Shown: positions 37,489 to 50,092, counted from the stretch's first letter. The stretch is 64,000 bases of DNA from Polymyxa betae A26-41 (GCA_003693705.1 RBZT01000588.1:145256-209255), one strand, 5' to 3'. Program-made: numbers and translations. Notes: a model not told the origin generated them from the sequence alone.

Positions 37489-39067
37489 ATGGGAGCCTGT
37501 TCATCGACAGCAATTTCGGATGCTGGCGGTGCTAGAAAAATCTTGGTGGAACAAAACCGCCAACATCAGGCAGCTAAAAATTCCAAAGAAATCGATGTTC
37601 AGGTGGAAAAGGCATATTTACAGGAATCTAGTATCAATAAGCTGCTGCTGCTCGGAGCAGGTTGGGCCCGATTTGAATGAAATTTCTTCATCGATATCAT
37701 TGTTTTCAGGGGAATCTGGAAAGTCGACACTCTACCGACAAATGAAACGCATTTATGGAGCAGGATTCTCGAAGCAAGAGATCGAATTCTTTAAACAGGC
37801 GATTCTGTCGAATACAATTCGGTTTATGGCTACTCTACTAGATGCAGCCGATCAATTTCAGAATCAGATTGACGTTCCTCTAAATGTATTCTATTGTGAT
37901 TGCGGTTTCCCCAACAGACATATGACGTGTTTTCAGAGCAGCAGTGTCCCCCGGAAAGAGGAATTTCGACGGCTTCTAATTGGCGAAGCAATTTATAACA
38001 ATCACGTAATTCTGCATGAACTGATTTTTCAGAAAGGAATTCCATTCCCAATGAACAGATGGCATTTTTGATTTCGGAACTTTGGAACGACGAATCGTTG
38101 AAAATCACCTTCGATTTACGTTCGCGATACCAGGTTGGTCGAAAAATGCCAACAATTAGGCCCTAACTCCAGCATGTTCTAGCTTCCAGATTGCGCTCGC
38201 TATTTCTTTGATAAGGCCAAGGCTATAGCTCAGCCTTCATACACACCATCAGATACGGTAATACTCCACTTCCTAAGTATTTTTTTCTGATACTTAGTTA
38301 ACGATTTCAGGATATATTACTGTCAAGGATACGAACGACAGGTATTGTTGAGACCCGGTTTAAGATCAACGGCACAGTATTTGATATATTTGATGTTGGA
38401 GGGCAACGAAATGAGAGAAAGAAATGGGTCTGTCAAGCATCGTATATTCGTAATTGGTTGCTAACACTCCAATTCCCCATAGATTCATTGCTTTGAGAAT
38501 GTGACGGCGGTTATATTTGTCATTGCAGTTTCAGAATATGATCAAGTATGCGAAATTTGTGCTGCTTGCTGTTTATGTGCTAATTGCTTGCAGGTCTTAT
38601 TTGAAGATTACAACAAAAATCGGATGAAAGAGGCACTTGAACTTTTCGAGGAAACCGTCAATTCAAAATGGTTCGCGAAAATCGACATCATTGTGTTTCT
38701 AAACAAGATCGATATGCTGGCTCGTAAGATAGTAAAAACGTCTATTGATCAGTATTTCCCTGATTATAAAGGAGGTATGAAGTTCCGATCATGGCTATGC
38801 CATTACATTTCTGAAATGCTTTATCAAGGTCGGGATCTCAATGCGGCTTCACAGTTTTTCACAGAACAGGTTCTGTCTAGAAATCACATGCCTTTGCGAG
38901 CAATATACTGTCATTGTACGACGGCTACTGACGAGGCCAACGTAATACGTGTTTTCAGTGCCGTGAGGGATATCATCCTGAGAAAGGTAAAACAAACTCT
39001 GACCATTATGTACAAGTCGCTGATTGGAGCATTTTTCCAGAATATTTCCAGGGTCGGACTACTGTAG
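37489..39067 (+). CDS. Heterotrimeric G-protein alpha subunit
   Basis: MGAC N-terminus, [43 protein letters not shown]. Confidence 0.96.
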
Positions 39068-39234
39068 TTCCGAGAGCAACTTCTGCATGCGTCTCCTTAG
39101 TTGCTGCACCGTAATCAATCTAGCAAGAGAATAAATACACTATACATTTTAGCAGCAGGTTGATGATCGGGCGGGACGCTAGCTCCCTGCCTTGATCCTA
39201 GCAGCGTCTGGCTTGCAGTGAAAACTACACCATA

Positions 39235-39254
39235 CTGCTGCTGCTGCTGCTGCT
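39235..39254 (+). repeat. (CTG)6 microsatellite
   Basis: ctgctgctgctgctgctgct upstream of the 39440 gene. Confidence 0.8.
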
Positions 39255-39439
39255 TGCTTCTGTCTGGTCAAGTCTGAATGCCATGAGGAGGAGCGGCCCG
39301 TCACTTGGCTGGCAGCTCTTCCCGTCACAGAGTCATGGGAGTACCAAGGAATTGAGTGCGAAAGTGAGATCACTGTCCTTTCCCCTATTTTTATCGTTCA
39401 AAGAACCGGGGCATCATCGTTTGTATAAGAACGGTAAAG

Positions 39440-39693
39440 ATGCCCAACACTGATAAACACGGCGGTATAGACCGACATTCCGGGACTGGCCTGCGAGGGG
39501 AGCCCAAGAAAGGCGGCGCTGGTGGCAAGGTATCTGTCGTCATCATCAACCCGAATCCAGCGCGGTCTGAGTGTTTCGTTAGGGTACCTGGGGTGCGCTT
39601 GATGATTTCACCGAGGCGCCGGCTGCAATCGACAAGGGTGATCCGAACTACGACCCACACGAGCAGGCAGCCAAGAATAAGAACAAGCACTAA
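39440..39693 (+). CDS. 66-aa microprotein consisting of a PDCD4/SERBP1/Stf2-type KKGGAGGKGTWG...DPNYD motif
   Basis: GT-AG intron 39530-39582 gives MPNTDKHGGIDRHSGTGLRGEPKKGGAGGK-GTWGALDDFTEAPAAIDKGDPNYDPHEQAAKNKNKH*. Confidence 0.82.
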
Positions 39694-39763
39694 GTTAAAC
39701 TGACTGTGAGCATTAAGCAAATACAACATGTAATTTGGTGATTAGAGCATATATTGGCTATTG

Positions 39764-41293
39764 TTAAACCGGATCTTCTTCGTCGCTCAGTGATCCGCTC
39801 GTTCTTCTGATATCCGGAGGCTCAATCTGAAGTGGAGTCGCGTCATCTCGACATTCGAGATCGGGTGGATCGAGTTGGGGCCCATACAGCTCAACTAATG
39901 CTTGCTTCGTCCACTCTTCAATGGCCATCATCGCATGAGACAGATTTCCGGCTGTATCTGATGTAGAATCTTCAATAGCTAGCAGTCTGCATAACTGCTC
40001 TCTGGTTGCATCCAACAGTGAAGAAATTTGTTCACGCTCTTCTTCCAGCATGTCTAATTCTCGTGTTTGCTCCTCGATGCTGTGCGATAAACCCATTGCC
40101 ACAGTTGACGATGCTTTCGTGTTCCATGGATTTCGCCCGTCGTCATATCTTGTCAAGGCCATCATTTCGTCTGACATCTTTTTTCTCTGTAATGATAGTT
40201 CTCGTACCTCTTCGAACTGTAGGATATTCTGTTCTTCATGCATTGCAAACCATTCGCACAGAGCATCGATATCGCCGTCCATGCCGATATCTTCGATGAT
40301 GAGCTTCCAGTCCTGTTCGCGCTTCTTTAGCCATGCTATTGCTGACTCAATCTTGATGGAATCGATAGCATTACTCCAGGTACAGTGCGCCCAGATTTTG
40401 CATATTCGGTCGATTTCAGAAGCTTGCACTACTTCGGTAACTACTTTGGCCAGGTCTTTCTTCTTTGGACGTCGCCACTTCGGCTGATCACCGGATCGGA
40501 ATTGCCGAAGACGTTCGTCAATAGCACTCTTTTCGGCAACTATAGCCATTATATGGCTCCACTCCTGGTGACATAGTATTTCCAACTTCTCGCTGCTTGT
40601 TACCAGATTCGTCAATGTGCATTGCGACTCCGCTTCTTCACTTTCAATCCGGTTAATATTAGAGAACAATGAGGAGATTTTGTTACGTAGTTCAACCTGA
40701 GCGGAGCCTTTGGCATGAAACCGATGGCGTAATATTTGGTTACTCTGAGATAAATCCAACAGGTCGACTTTCAACTGCTTCACTGCGCTTTGAATTGTAC
40801 TAAGTTTCTTGTTAGCGATTGACAATTGCGATTCAAGCGAGCACGTTCTTTGGAATTTATGCTGCTCGTTAGATCTAAACTTGCCATAATGGTGATCAGA
40901 TTGCATCAGCTCTGCGATTTCCTGGTCCAAATCTATTATTTGTGATTGCAGTTGCTGCAGAGTCCGATTCATCCGCTTGGTGTCGAACTTGACGTGGTCT
41001 TCCAGCTCCAAAAGCGAAGCAGCCCATTCACTTGAATAACTTCCTCGGATTGATTTGTTAACATTATCGACGTTTCTGATAATGTCCTTCTCCATTCCCT
41101 CAATATACTCATTTTTTTCGTGAATTTTCGAGCGTAAACCATTCTCCCGGGCTAAGCCTTTTGCAGTTGCGCTTCTATGAGCCTGGACCTTATGCAACGT
41201 TCTTGAGAGGGCATGCAAATCAATCGTTGCATTTTGGATGATATCTTTCGATGAATAGAACGGAGCCGCCCCAGGGAGAAGACTTGGCAGCAT
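39764..41293 (-). CDS. Outer dynein arm docking complex DC2/ODA1 (CCDC114/CCDC63)-like coiled-coil protein
   Basis: SLESQLSIANKKLSTIQSAVKQLKVDLLDL and WKLIIEDIGMDGDIDALCEWFAMHEEQNILQFEEVREL resemble ODA1 blocks; intronless; start uncertain. Confidence 0.7.
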   Translation of the reverse strand: MLPSLLPGAAPFYSSKDIIQNATIDLHALSRTLHKVQAHRSATAKGLARENGLRSKIHEKNEYIEGMEKDIIRNVDNVNKSIRGSYSSEWAASLLELEDHVKFDTKRMNRTLQQLQSQIIDLDQEIAELMQSDHHYGKFRSNEQHKFQRTCSLESQLSIANKKLSTIQSAVKQLKVDLLDLSQSNQILRHRFHAKGSAQVELRNKISSLFSNINRIESEEAESQCTLTNLVTSSEKLEILCHQEWSHIMAIVAEKSAIDERLRQFRSGDQPKWRRPKKKDLAKVVTEVVQASEIDRICKIWAHCTWSNAIDSIKIESAIAWLKKREQDWKLIIEDIGMDGDIDALCEWFAMHEEQNILQFEEVRELSLQRKKMSDEMMALTRYDDGRNPWNTKASSTVAMGLSHSIEEQTRELDMLEEEREQISSLLDATREQLCRLLAIEDSTSDTAGNLSHAMMAIEEWTKQALVELYGPQLDPPDLECRDDATPLQIEPPDIRRTSGSLSDEEDPV

Positions 41294-41686
41294 GCCATGA
41301 ACGACGAGGTAAATATCTACCGCGAACAACTTGGTCGGTCGGTACCATAACGGAGATGCGATCTTTTTACAAATTGCTGTTTGGCAAGGAGGAAAATTTA
41401 ATTGTGAGAACTGAGGTGAATGATGGACCCATGGTCTGTAAATGGCCTGCTTCGTTGGAAGATTTGATATACAGCAGGGGTCATGGTGCCAGATGGTGGC
41501 CGCCTCGTTTATTATCGTTACAGCCTTGCATGTATGTAATGGTGCCATCATGCCATCCGTGTCATGGCCAGAACGAATCATATTGCGTGTTGCGTCGTTT
41601 GAATCGGCGCCGGCTTCCCTGAGTTGCAATCTCTCGCCTCGTATCGCCGCCGCACGCCGCCGGCCGCTCGCGGTCGTATCTGCATC

Positions 41687-42507
41687 ATGGCGACAGGCTA
41701 TAATCGGCCTCCGACGTCACCCCAGTTTCCACCGCTGCCATCGTCGCGATCGCAATCGGCAACGACTGTCGGTGGTGTAATTGGCCCTACGACCTCCTAC
41801 AGGCGTGCTGTCACTGCTGTTCCTGATAATCCCAATTTTTCACTCCTAGAGAATCTTCCAGGAAAGTTCGTGACATTGACTCGTTCAGAGCCCTTTTCTT
41901 GTGAAGTCTCCGGTCGCGTTCTTTTCGGAGATACTTCATATGGTGAATTAGAAAATGAATTCGTTGCCCGTTTATTAACCCGCGTCCTAAGGAGTGATTG
42001 GCATTGTTGACCAGTCGAATGATCAGCTGTGCATCTTTCAAACGCAGTCGCTTGACGATTTGAAAATCTTGGATCAACCCCGCCAGCCTTGGTCGCGTGA
42101 AGAGAATACTGGTATATCTGTTATTTTTGAAGGCATATCAGTTCATTGGCTTGACAGCATTGGGTTTAACTTCGGATCCGGAAGTTCAAAAGTATCGCGA
42201 GAATAGAAATCTTGAAATCCGTCGCGAAATTGCTGCAAAAATCGGCCCAGAAGGCACCAGCCCCACTGTGCAGAATTTATTTGATTCCTTGTCGAAAACC
42301 TTATCCTGCGCTTGGAAAGGCAACGACATTTTGATCCATGATGTTCGTATCCATCCTCCTTATCGTCCCGAAAATTGCATTGGCTCTAACCGAGTTTCAC
42401 TGAGCCGTATCCAGAAAATTGTAATGTTTCCATGTGAATTGTCCCATTATGTATTTAGCCAGATTTAGGTTGCTGCTGAATGGAAGAAAATTGACGAATC
42501 TCCATAA
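41687..42507 (+). CDS. LSM12: LSM12 homologue
   Basis: N-terminal Sm-like fold; anticodon-binding domain QNLFDSLSKTLSCAWKGNDILIHDVRIHPPYRPENC. Confidence 0.85.
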
Positions 42508-42708
42508 ATTCCATTTCCGGGGAGCGTAGTTACCGGTGTGGGCAGTAAGCATGAACATCAAGTCTTATCTTTATGGACATTTTTAATTGGTTTTCATTAC
42601 TGCTGGATAAACTTTCAATGTTTGTGCTATCTACATTGTAACTCATGCTTATCAATGCTTAGAGATTTTGGTATATTTCACAAGCAGTTGAAGATCTCTT
42701 CGTCACTA

Positions 42709-44355
42709 TTACGCTTCAGATGTTTTTGTAAAATTGTTTTTTTGAAAGATGTGGGTTAGAAGTATCTCATACACTTCGGTCGCTTCGATAGTTCCTTGGT
42801 CTTTCTGGCCGGTGGCGAAACCCGAAGCAATGATTATTGGCTCGGTTCCTTTGTCATCACGCCCATGCGACCCACATATAGTCTTGGCAGCATCCTCTGT
42901 AAAAGGTGTGGCATTCACCAATACTCGAAGACGGCAGATTTGAGACAGAATCGCCTTTAAAAAGAGATTCACATAGCCAAACCATTCTCCTAAAAATTTA
43001 GGATATGAAACCAGAAGCTCACACGGATCGTATCCCTAACATTTAGTAAGGTTCCGATTCTTCGTAATGCACATGAACCGACCGGCTTCTCGTGAATTGC
43101 CACCGTAGGTGCATAGTCGGGAGCGTCTGAATCCTTCAACCAGTAATAGTATGTAAACCAGGCAGATTTTTGGGCAATGCAGATAACTTCTCCACATCTG
43201 TCTTCGTGAAACATTTGCCGAACCCATTCAGGTGCATCATCATGATCGAACACAGACTCTATATCAGGTGTGTCTTTCAAGACCTTTTTGACTGCAAAAA
43301 CGTCGCGCTTATTGGCGACATGTATCAATGCGATTTGGTGATCAGCTAGAGCAAACGCTCGTGATGCGCCACAATCAAGAGTATACCCATTTCGTTCTCT
43401 TCGCAGAGCCAGGAATCCGGCTTCGTTCAGAATTTTGTTGATGTGTATCGGAGTGCCAACTGTGCAGATGCCATATTCTGACAACATGATGACTTCTGCC
43501 TTCCTCTCCTCATAAAACAAGACTAAATCTTTCACGAGTTCGTCAATAAGACGCAATTCGGAAGCGACTACGTCTCCACTTTCAGGACCATGCTTTTGCA
43601 GGACGTAATCCAGATGCGGAAGATAGATGAAGCTAAAATCGGGATTATAATCGAGCTCGATTTTGCGAGATGCATCGGCAATCCATCTGGAGCTTTTGAT
43701 GTTGCTCATGGGACCCCAGAAATTATGCAAGGGGAATGTCCCGAGCTCGTTTTGGAGCTGATCGCGAAGATGGCTCGGCTTCGTATAGATATCAGCAAAT
43801 TTACGACCATCCTTCATATACTGCAGGCATAGTAAGAATACGAAATATCACTACAAAACGCTAAAGAACCTGAGGCCTCGGTGCGATCATAATGTCGATT
43901 GCATCTACAACCACAAGTCATTCTTCTGTATTCATCTGCCCAAAACATTGCAGATTACCGTCGTACATGTTATGCCAAGCACAATTTGCAAACGTGATTG
44001 CGCTTGGGTGACGCTCCTTGATGATATCATAAATTCTTTTCGACTGGACCAGCGCTCTGGATTGGTGCCAGTTCCTAACTTCTTTCATTGCTTTGTCGTA
44101 GAATCCATTTGCTGTGATCCCGTGCTCGCTTGGCGTTTTCCCGGTCAAAAACTATTTATCTATTGAAACTTGTATGCGGAATGACCATTGAAGACCACCT
44201 ACGGTTGCTTGAGAGACACACGTTAACGCTGGAAATGCCCCTGTGATGTTTCGATGCCCTTTCTGCCAACGTTCATAAACAAAAGGTGTGTTCTGCTCGC
44301 TGATCAAAGAGTCACTTAGGCCGATGACGTCCAGTACCACCACTTTAGTCGTCAT
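42709..44355 (-). CDS. Alkaline-phosphatase-superfamily nucleotide pyrophosphatase/phosphodiesterase, EboF-like
   Basis: VVVLDVIGL, FPALTCVSQAT, TGKTPSEHGITANGFY, DGRKFADIYTKP, FPLHNFWGP, YLPHLDYVLQK, SEYGI, DHQIA, GYDPCEL, GSHG; several short introns. Confidence 0.88.
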
Positions 44356-44639
44356 GATGCTACGCAGACGAGAACCAGATATCGCTTTAATAAAAGGAGT
44401 GATTATCACTTAGCTCGCACAATACCTTAAGTGGTATCATGAAACTGATTGATTGGCAACCTTTCCACTTTATCTACTTTGGAATTGGGATGATCCGCTA
44501 CAAGTTTCACACAAGAGAACGCTTATGGAATCATATATAATGAAAATCGGGCAAACATCATGTAGAGCTTTCTCAGCTGAAGCAAGTCATTTTTAGTCGA
44601 ATTCCAACAATTTGATTTCATTTGTTCATAATTTCTATC

Positions 44640-45690
44640 AAAAGGATGTTTTTTGAATTTGATCTGATGACTGAACTCTGTAATGAAGGTTTGGGCGATC
44701 TCGTCTGGAGCTTACATGCATTCCTCGACGAATGACGTCTAGAAATTTAGTTAATTTCCAAGATAATCGTAGCCTATTATAATAGCATCGTTTGACTTAT
44801 TTCGTACCTTTCGTTGGCCATCTTTCTATCACGACGACGGTTATCAGGGACAGTTTTGTATGTGCGAAATCCACGGTCTCATACCATCTTTGCGAAATGT
44901 TATCCACCTCTGTTGATCACGCTATTCGGGAGACAAATGCTTTAATGACTCTCAGGAACACTGTTTTGACGACGCGAGACCAGGCTCGGGTTGTGGCCCA
45001 ACAGGTATATGTGACTCGGCATTGAAAGCTACTTTTTCAATTGGCAGTACAGATGCAGGAGCTAGACCTGGCTCTGCGAAATGTTCAGATCCTAATCTCG
45101 ACCGTCTCGATGCCTTTGCAATCGACATTATATCAGCAATTTTGGCCTCAGGTTGATGAGCGGCAGTCGACAAATTCGCCTGGTTTCTAATAAACTAGTA
45201 CATATTTATTGTTGTTTCTTCTTCTCTATCGCTTTCCGTTCCTCTCGAAGTTGCTGGTGAAGTTCCTGAATAGTAAATCATCAAGGGGCTTAAAATGAAA
45301 CAGCTCTAAAAAGATTACCCATCTTTGCCGACCTTCGGAGTCAATATGACGCCGATATAAGACGATGCTGCAAAGAGCGATAGCGGGCCTATTCAGGTTC
45401 TATTCAGTATTGATACCATGCGGTATCGTTTAGACAAACCAGGTATAGCAGGTGATCTTCAGACATCTCAACGCTTCTGGTGACCACGCCATCTTCCTCC
45501 GATCGCAGATGCGGATCACAAGTGCACTCGACTTCAGCCTGCAAGGTGACGATCGGATGCTTGTTTCGACGAGCCTTTTACATACATAAACTCCTTGTTA
45601 ACACTCACCGCCTTTTTACACATATTCGTTCTAACACCTTACCACCGTCTGAAGCAAGCCGAGGCTGACTGTTTTACTTTGGATCTGCCA
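44640..45690 (-). CDS. Possible multi-exon hypothetical protein
   Basis: Minus-strand ORF fragments (e.g. 44952..45173) flanked by splice-like signals; model unresolved. Confidence 0.3.
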
Positions 45691-45939
45691 GATCGGCATC
45701 AAACTCAACAACTCTCCGCTTACTAAGAGATTTATTTTTTGAAAAAATGAGTTAATCAGTACATGAATAATAAGAAGAAGATACAGATTCGTGGCGGATG
45801 TTATGATTACAATCGCTAGAACACTTTCTTATACCACAGCAACAATAGAGGAAGTAATGTTACTGAGTGGCTTCGTGGGCTTCATGATTGCGCGCAAGCG
45901 ACGTTTGGGTTCGAGTTCGGGCCGGAGGCATTTCGTATA

Positions 45940-47269
45940 ATGTCGCGTGATGAGACCGATCTGCAGGAGTCGTCGTCATCAGATCGGGCCATTTTCTTGC
46001 AAATCGATAATATAGTATCGAACCCGGTTTTGTCTGCAGGCCCCGAACAGCATGAGACCAAAGACGTGTAAGCTCGCTTTTCCTTGTATCTCATTGTATT
46101 CATTGTAGTCAGGCCGCTTTCAAAGCTCGAGCAGTTTTTCGTCGATCTACATAATGTGTTTCTGGAAGAGAGCACCGCAAAAGAGAAATCCTCGCCAGAA
46201 GGCGATCTTAGTTTAAATGTGCCACAAAATCCGATAGTTCAAGCAGACCAGTTCATACAGTATGTATTGATAGCAGTCTGGCGTATTGTTAATAACAGTT
46301 TTGTTTAGCATGGCTAAATACCAAATGGATAATTTAGTCCAGCTTATTGATACGGTTGTAAACCGGACTGGATTAACATTTAGTCGAGTAGCGCCGACGT
46401 CTCGGCAGGCTCCATCTCAAGATGCATTATTAATGACAGCCAGAACCAAACGTACACATCTCCGATTAGCTTCCGAGATGCTAAGTAGGGGCGCCGCATC
46501 CATTCGATCCAGCTGCGAGATCTCGCGAACATCGGTTGACGACCTCAACAGAATTGGAAGATTTTTCCATGTCGTTCAAAATTCTAATGGTGGCATGGCT
46601 GTGAACCTCTCGCTGCAGCCGACCAAACCCTCTTTAGTCGCACTGATTCAAGGCGACGATGGGCGCTTCACAGCCCAGGGCGGTACCACATCCAATCTGA
46701 TCGCCGACCTTAAAACGAAATTTCACGCTGGGCTTTATCGTCTCGTATATGACAGCATATCAACTAATAAGTCGTTCAAGATGCATCGCCTGGCTGATCG
46801 GATAGTGTGGAAAGACACTGATTTTACGGTCGAAATCAGTCCTGATTTAACAGTGTCGGGAACAGAATTCTCTCTGGCAGTTTCTGTTCGGCTCATAACA
46901 GACCTTCTGGTGGATTTACGAAAGCGAAACTTCGGGGAGCATTCGCAGCCAAGTAGTTCGCATTTTCTGCAAGTGATGCAGTTTATCGAGCACGAACATG
47001 TCTGCAGCAGACTCTCGTCTCTGTTTTCCAGATTGGTGGCATCACATCGCCATGTGCTGAATATCAGAGAATTGTATTCGGATTCACTTCTTCATTCTGG
47101 GTGGTGTATCAGTCTGAGGAATTCGTTCCTTGCTGAGGTCATTGTGGAAAACGCTGAGGTTATTGTTCGATGCTTGTCAAGCTCACCTTGCTCGGCATAC
47201 CAGGCTCGATGTTGTAATATATTTCTCGTAGAGCTGGTAATAGTAAATGCCGTTCAACAACGGTTGTAA
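45940..47269 (+). CDS. MED17: Mediator subunit MED17-like
   Basis: AKYQMDNLVQLIDTV...TKRTHLRLASEMLSRGAASIRSS...DDLNRIGRFFHV resembles the MED17 KxxxLxxAxxxLxxGAxxL block. Confidence 0.68.
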
Positions 47270-47859
47270 AACCAACTGCTATTTATTCAGTAAAACTCAG
47301 CGAATTTTAATCTATAATAACATCGCTTACCAATATTGATATGCGTATCGTACCGATTTATCTTTTTATTAACAATAGTAAATAAAAGTTTTTTCTTTTT
47401 ACTCTCGATTTCATGACTGTTTGGATTGCTTCTTGTCAATCTTGTGTGCATTTGAATTGGGTTTTATAAAAAAGCCGCAAAGCAACCGAATTCAACACTA
47501 CAGAGTCTGGATATCTTTACCAGAACATTCTGTTAGAACTGCATTCTCACACAATTTGCCTATCTGGTCTGGTTTGGTGACAAATTTTCGGTGGTGGCCA
47601 TTGAAGCCAAGCAACCCTACTGGAGCCAAGCCAAACAAGCTGGAATCAAATGCATAAATGGCGTCTCATAACGAGCTCAATTCTCATTCACGAGATAGTC
47701 AACTTTGAAATAGGATAAAAAACGTTGATGCCTTCCACATCAGAACGCCAGCCAAGACTTGAGAGGCAAAACGCAAGAGCCTATGAACAGATTGCTGCCA
47801 TAGTGGCGAAGGCTTCAACGAAGAACAGAGATCATGGTTATTAAGGAACCGGTTCGTAA

Positions 47860-47948
47860 CGCCTACACTCCCCTGACCCTAATTAAACCCGCCTACACAC
47901 CCTGACCCTAATTAAACCCGCCTACACACCCCTGACCCGAATTAAACC
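47860..47948 (+). repeat. Minisatellite, 3 copies of a 29-30 bp unit
   Basis: cgcctacac(t/a)ccc(c)tgaccc(t/g)aattaaacc x3, head to tail with no spacers. Confidence 0.92.
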
Positions 47949-48176
47949 AAATGACAAAAGGTCAAACGGCTACTCTCTAGGGGCCCTTCGTCCATGTAGT
48001 CAGGTCAACTCCGTGTGTGTGACAGACAGTGGGCGCGGCCTCCCATCCATTACCACTCTTGTTCATCTCTGTGTACTCCTGAACACATTCATCCCGATCA
48101 TATCGGCGAACATCAACTAATCACAGCCATTCGGCGTTCGAAATCGGCGACCCGATCTACCTCGGTGTATTAACCC

Positions 48177-50092
48177 ATGTCAACAGCGGTTCCGATCGAC
48201 TTGGGCGAGCCGCTTCTGGCTCAGAGTCGAAAAAAGAAACAGCCGCTAACGCTGAGGAGGCTGTTGAAACAATCGTATCCCGAGCGATGGCTCTTGTTTC
48301 TTGCTAGTATTGCGCTGTTCGTGTCAACTATCACGTCCTTAGCTGTACCAATATTTATTGGGCGTGTGGTTGACGAGTTAGTCAAGATGTCACGTGGTGA
48401 AGTGTCGAGGTCTGAAGCCAGATTTACCATTAATGAGACCATTCTTGAACTGGTCCTGGTTGTTTCTGCTGGCGGTGTATTCGCATTAATGAGAGGATAT
48501 CTATTCACGCTTTCTGGGGAGCGGATTGTCGCTCGGATTCGGAAGCAGCTCTTCCAGAGCTGTATACGGCAAGACATAGCCATGTTCGACAAGACGAGAA
48601 CTGTATGACTCAAACGGATTTATTTTCGCTGAATTTTATTTAAATAATCGTTCAGGGTGAGCTTGTCAGCCGATTAGCCTCGGACACAAGCGTCTTGAAT
48701 AATGCCATCACGAGCAATCTCAGTAAAGCGCTTCAGATGTTTGCCACCGTCAGCTTAGGATTAGGTACGTAAATATAGGCGTACCTGTTTACTGGCTCTT
48801 ATCCAGTCTTAGTATATCTGTTCAAACTTTCAGTCCAGCTGTCATTGCTGATGATGTCTGTTATTCCCGCTGTCACCATAGTTGGCAGAATATACGGTCG
48901 CTATGTCCGATCGCTATCGAGGCAAACTCAGGATGCTCTGGCGCGTGCGTCGGAAGTTGCTGATGAGTCGTTTTCCAACATTCGAACTGTCAGGGCTTTT
49001 TCGAACGAGCAGTATCAGGCCGCTATTTATAACAAGCGAATCGACGAGACGTATGAACTCGGTGCTCGGGTCGCTTTATTATTTGGTTATTTCGTGGGGT
49101 TTATGGCAACTGTAGCTCCTCTATCAACAGTTTTCATATTATGGTCTGGAGCTATGCTCGTATTGAACCAGACGTCGCTAACAGTTGGTCTGCTGACAAG
49201 CTTCTTGCTTTTAACAGTAACCGTTGGGAAATCTGTTGCCGGCATATCCGGGCTGATATCAAACGTTTATAAAGCGATGGGTGCTAATGCTAAAGTTTTC
49301 GAACTGATTGATCGCCAGGAGCGAATATCTCTTAGCGGTGGAGTTGAACCAGAGAATTTTGTCGGCAATATTCGTCTACAAAATGTGGTTTTTACTTATC
49401 CGCAGCGTCCCGACACGGCTGTTTTAAATGGTCTTAATATTGAATTCCAGTCGGGCAAAATGACAGCTCTTATTGGCCCTAGCGGCGGCGGCAAATCGAC
49501 TATATTTGCTTTGGTCGAACGGTTTTATGATCCATCATCTGGACGTGTCACTTTGGATGGGCAAGACATTCGCGGTATCAACCTGTCCTGGTTACATAGA
49601 AAGATTGGTCTGGTATCTCAAGAACCCGTTTTGTTTGCGTGTTCCATTCGAGATAATATTGCTTTTGGAATAGAAAACGCTTCCATGGAAGACATTATAA
49701 AAGCAGCAACAGCAGCTAATGCTCATGATTTCATCATGAGTTTCGATAAAGGTTATGATACATTTGTTGGAGAACGTGGTCTTCATCTGTCTGGCGGCCA
49801 GAAACAGAGAATTGCTATTGCAAGGGCTGTTTTATTAGACCCCAAGATTCTCTTGCTGGATGAGGCTACTTCAAGTCTAGATGCAGAAAGCGAATATGTC
49901 GTGCAAGATGCTCTAGATAAGCTAATGAAAGGGCGTACTGTCGTCGTCATCGCACATCGGTTATCAACGGTTCGAGATGCTAATCTTGTAGCTGTCATTG
50001 ATCAAGGTCGTGTTATTGAGCAAGGAACACATGCTTCATTATTAGAACATAATGGCATATACGCTCATCTGGTTCGAAGGCAGCTCCAGTGA
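48177..50092 (+). CDS. ABC transporter subfamily B half-transporter (TAP/ABCB9/ABCB10-like)
   Basis: TMD with SGERIVARIRKQLF; Walker A GPSGGGKST; LSGGQKQRIAIARA; ILLLDEATSSLD; IAHRLSTV. Confidence 0.95.

Noticed and set aside
8230-39067. Fragmented ORFs suggesting pseudogenes or an alternative genetic code
   Set aside because: The interruptions are consistently explained by ~50-nt spliceosomal introns under the standard code
41294-41629. N-terminal 110-aa extension of the 621-aa ORF
   Set aside because: It begins at a non-ATG codon, overlaps the probable divergent promoter of LSM12 and has no coiled-coil character; a later ATG is more plausible
47860-47948. CRISPR-like ~30-bp repeats
   Set aside because: The units are contiguous with no spacers, there are no cas genes, and the context is eukaryotic
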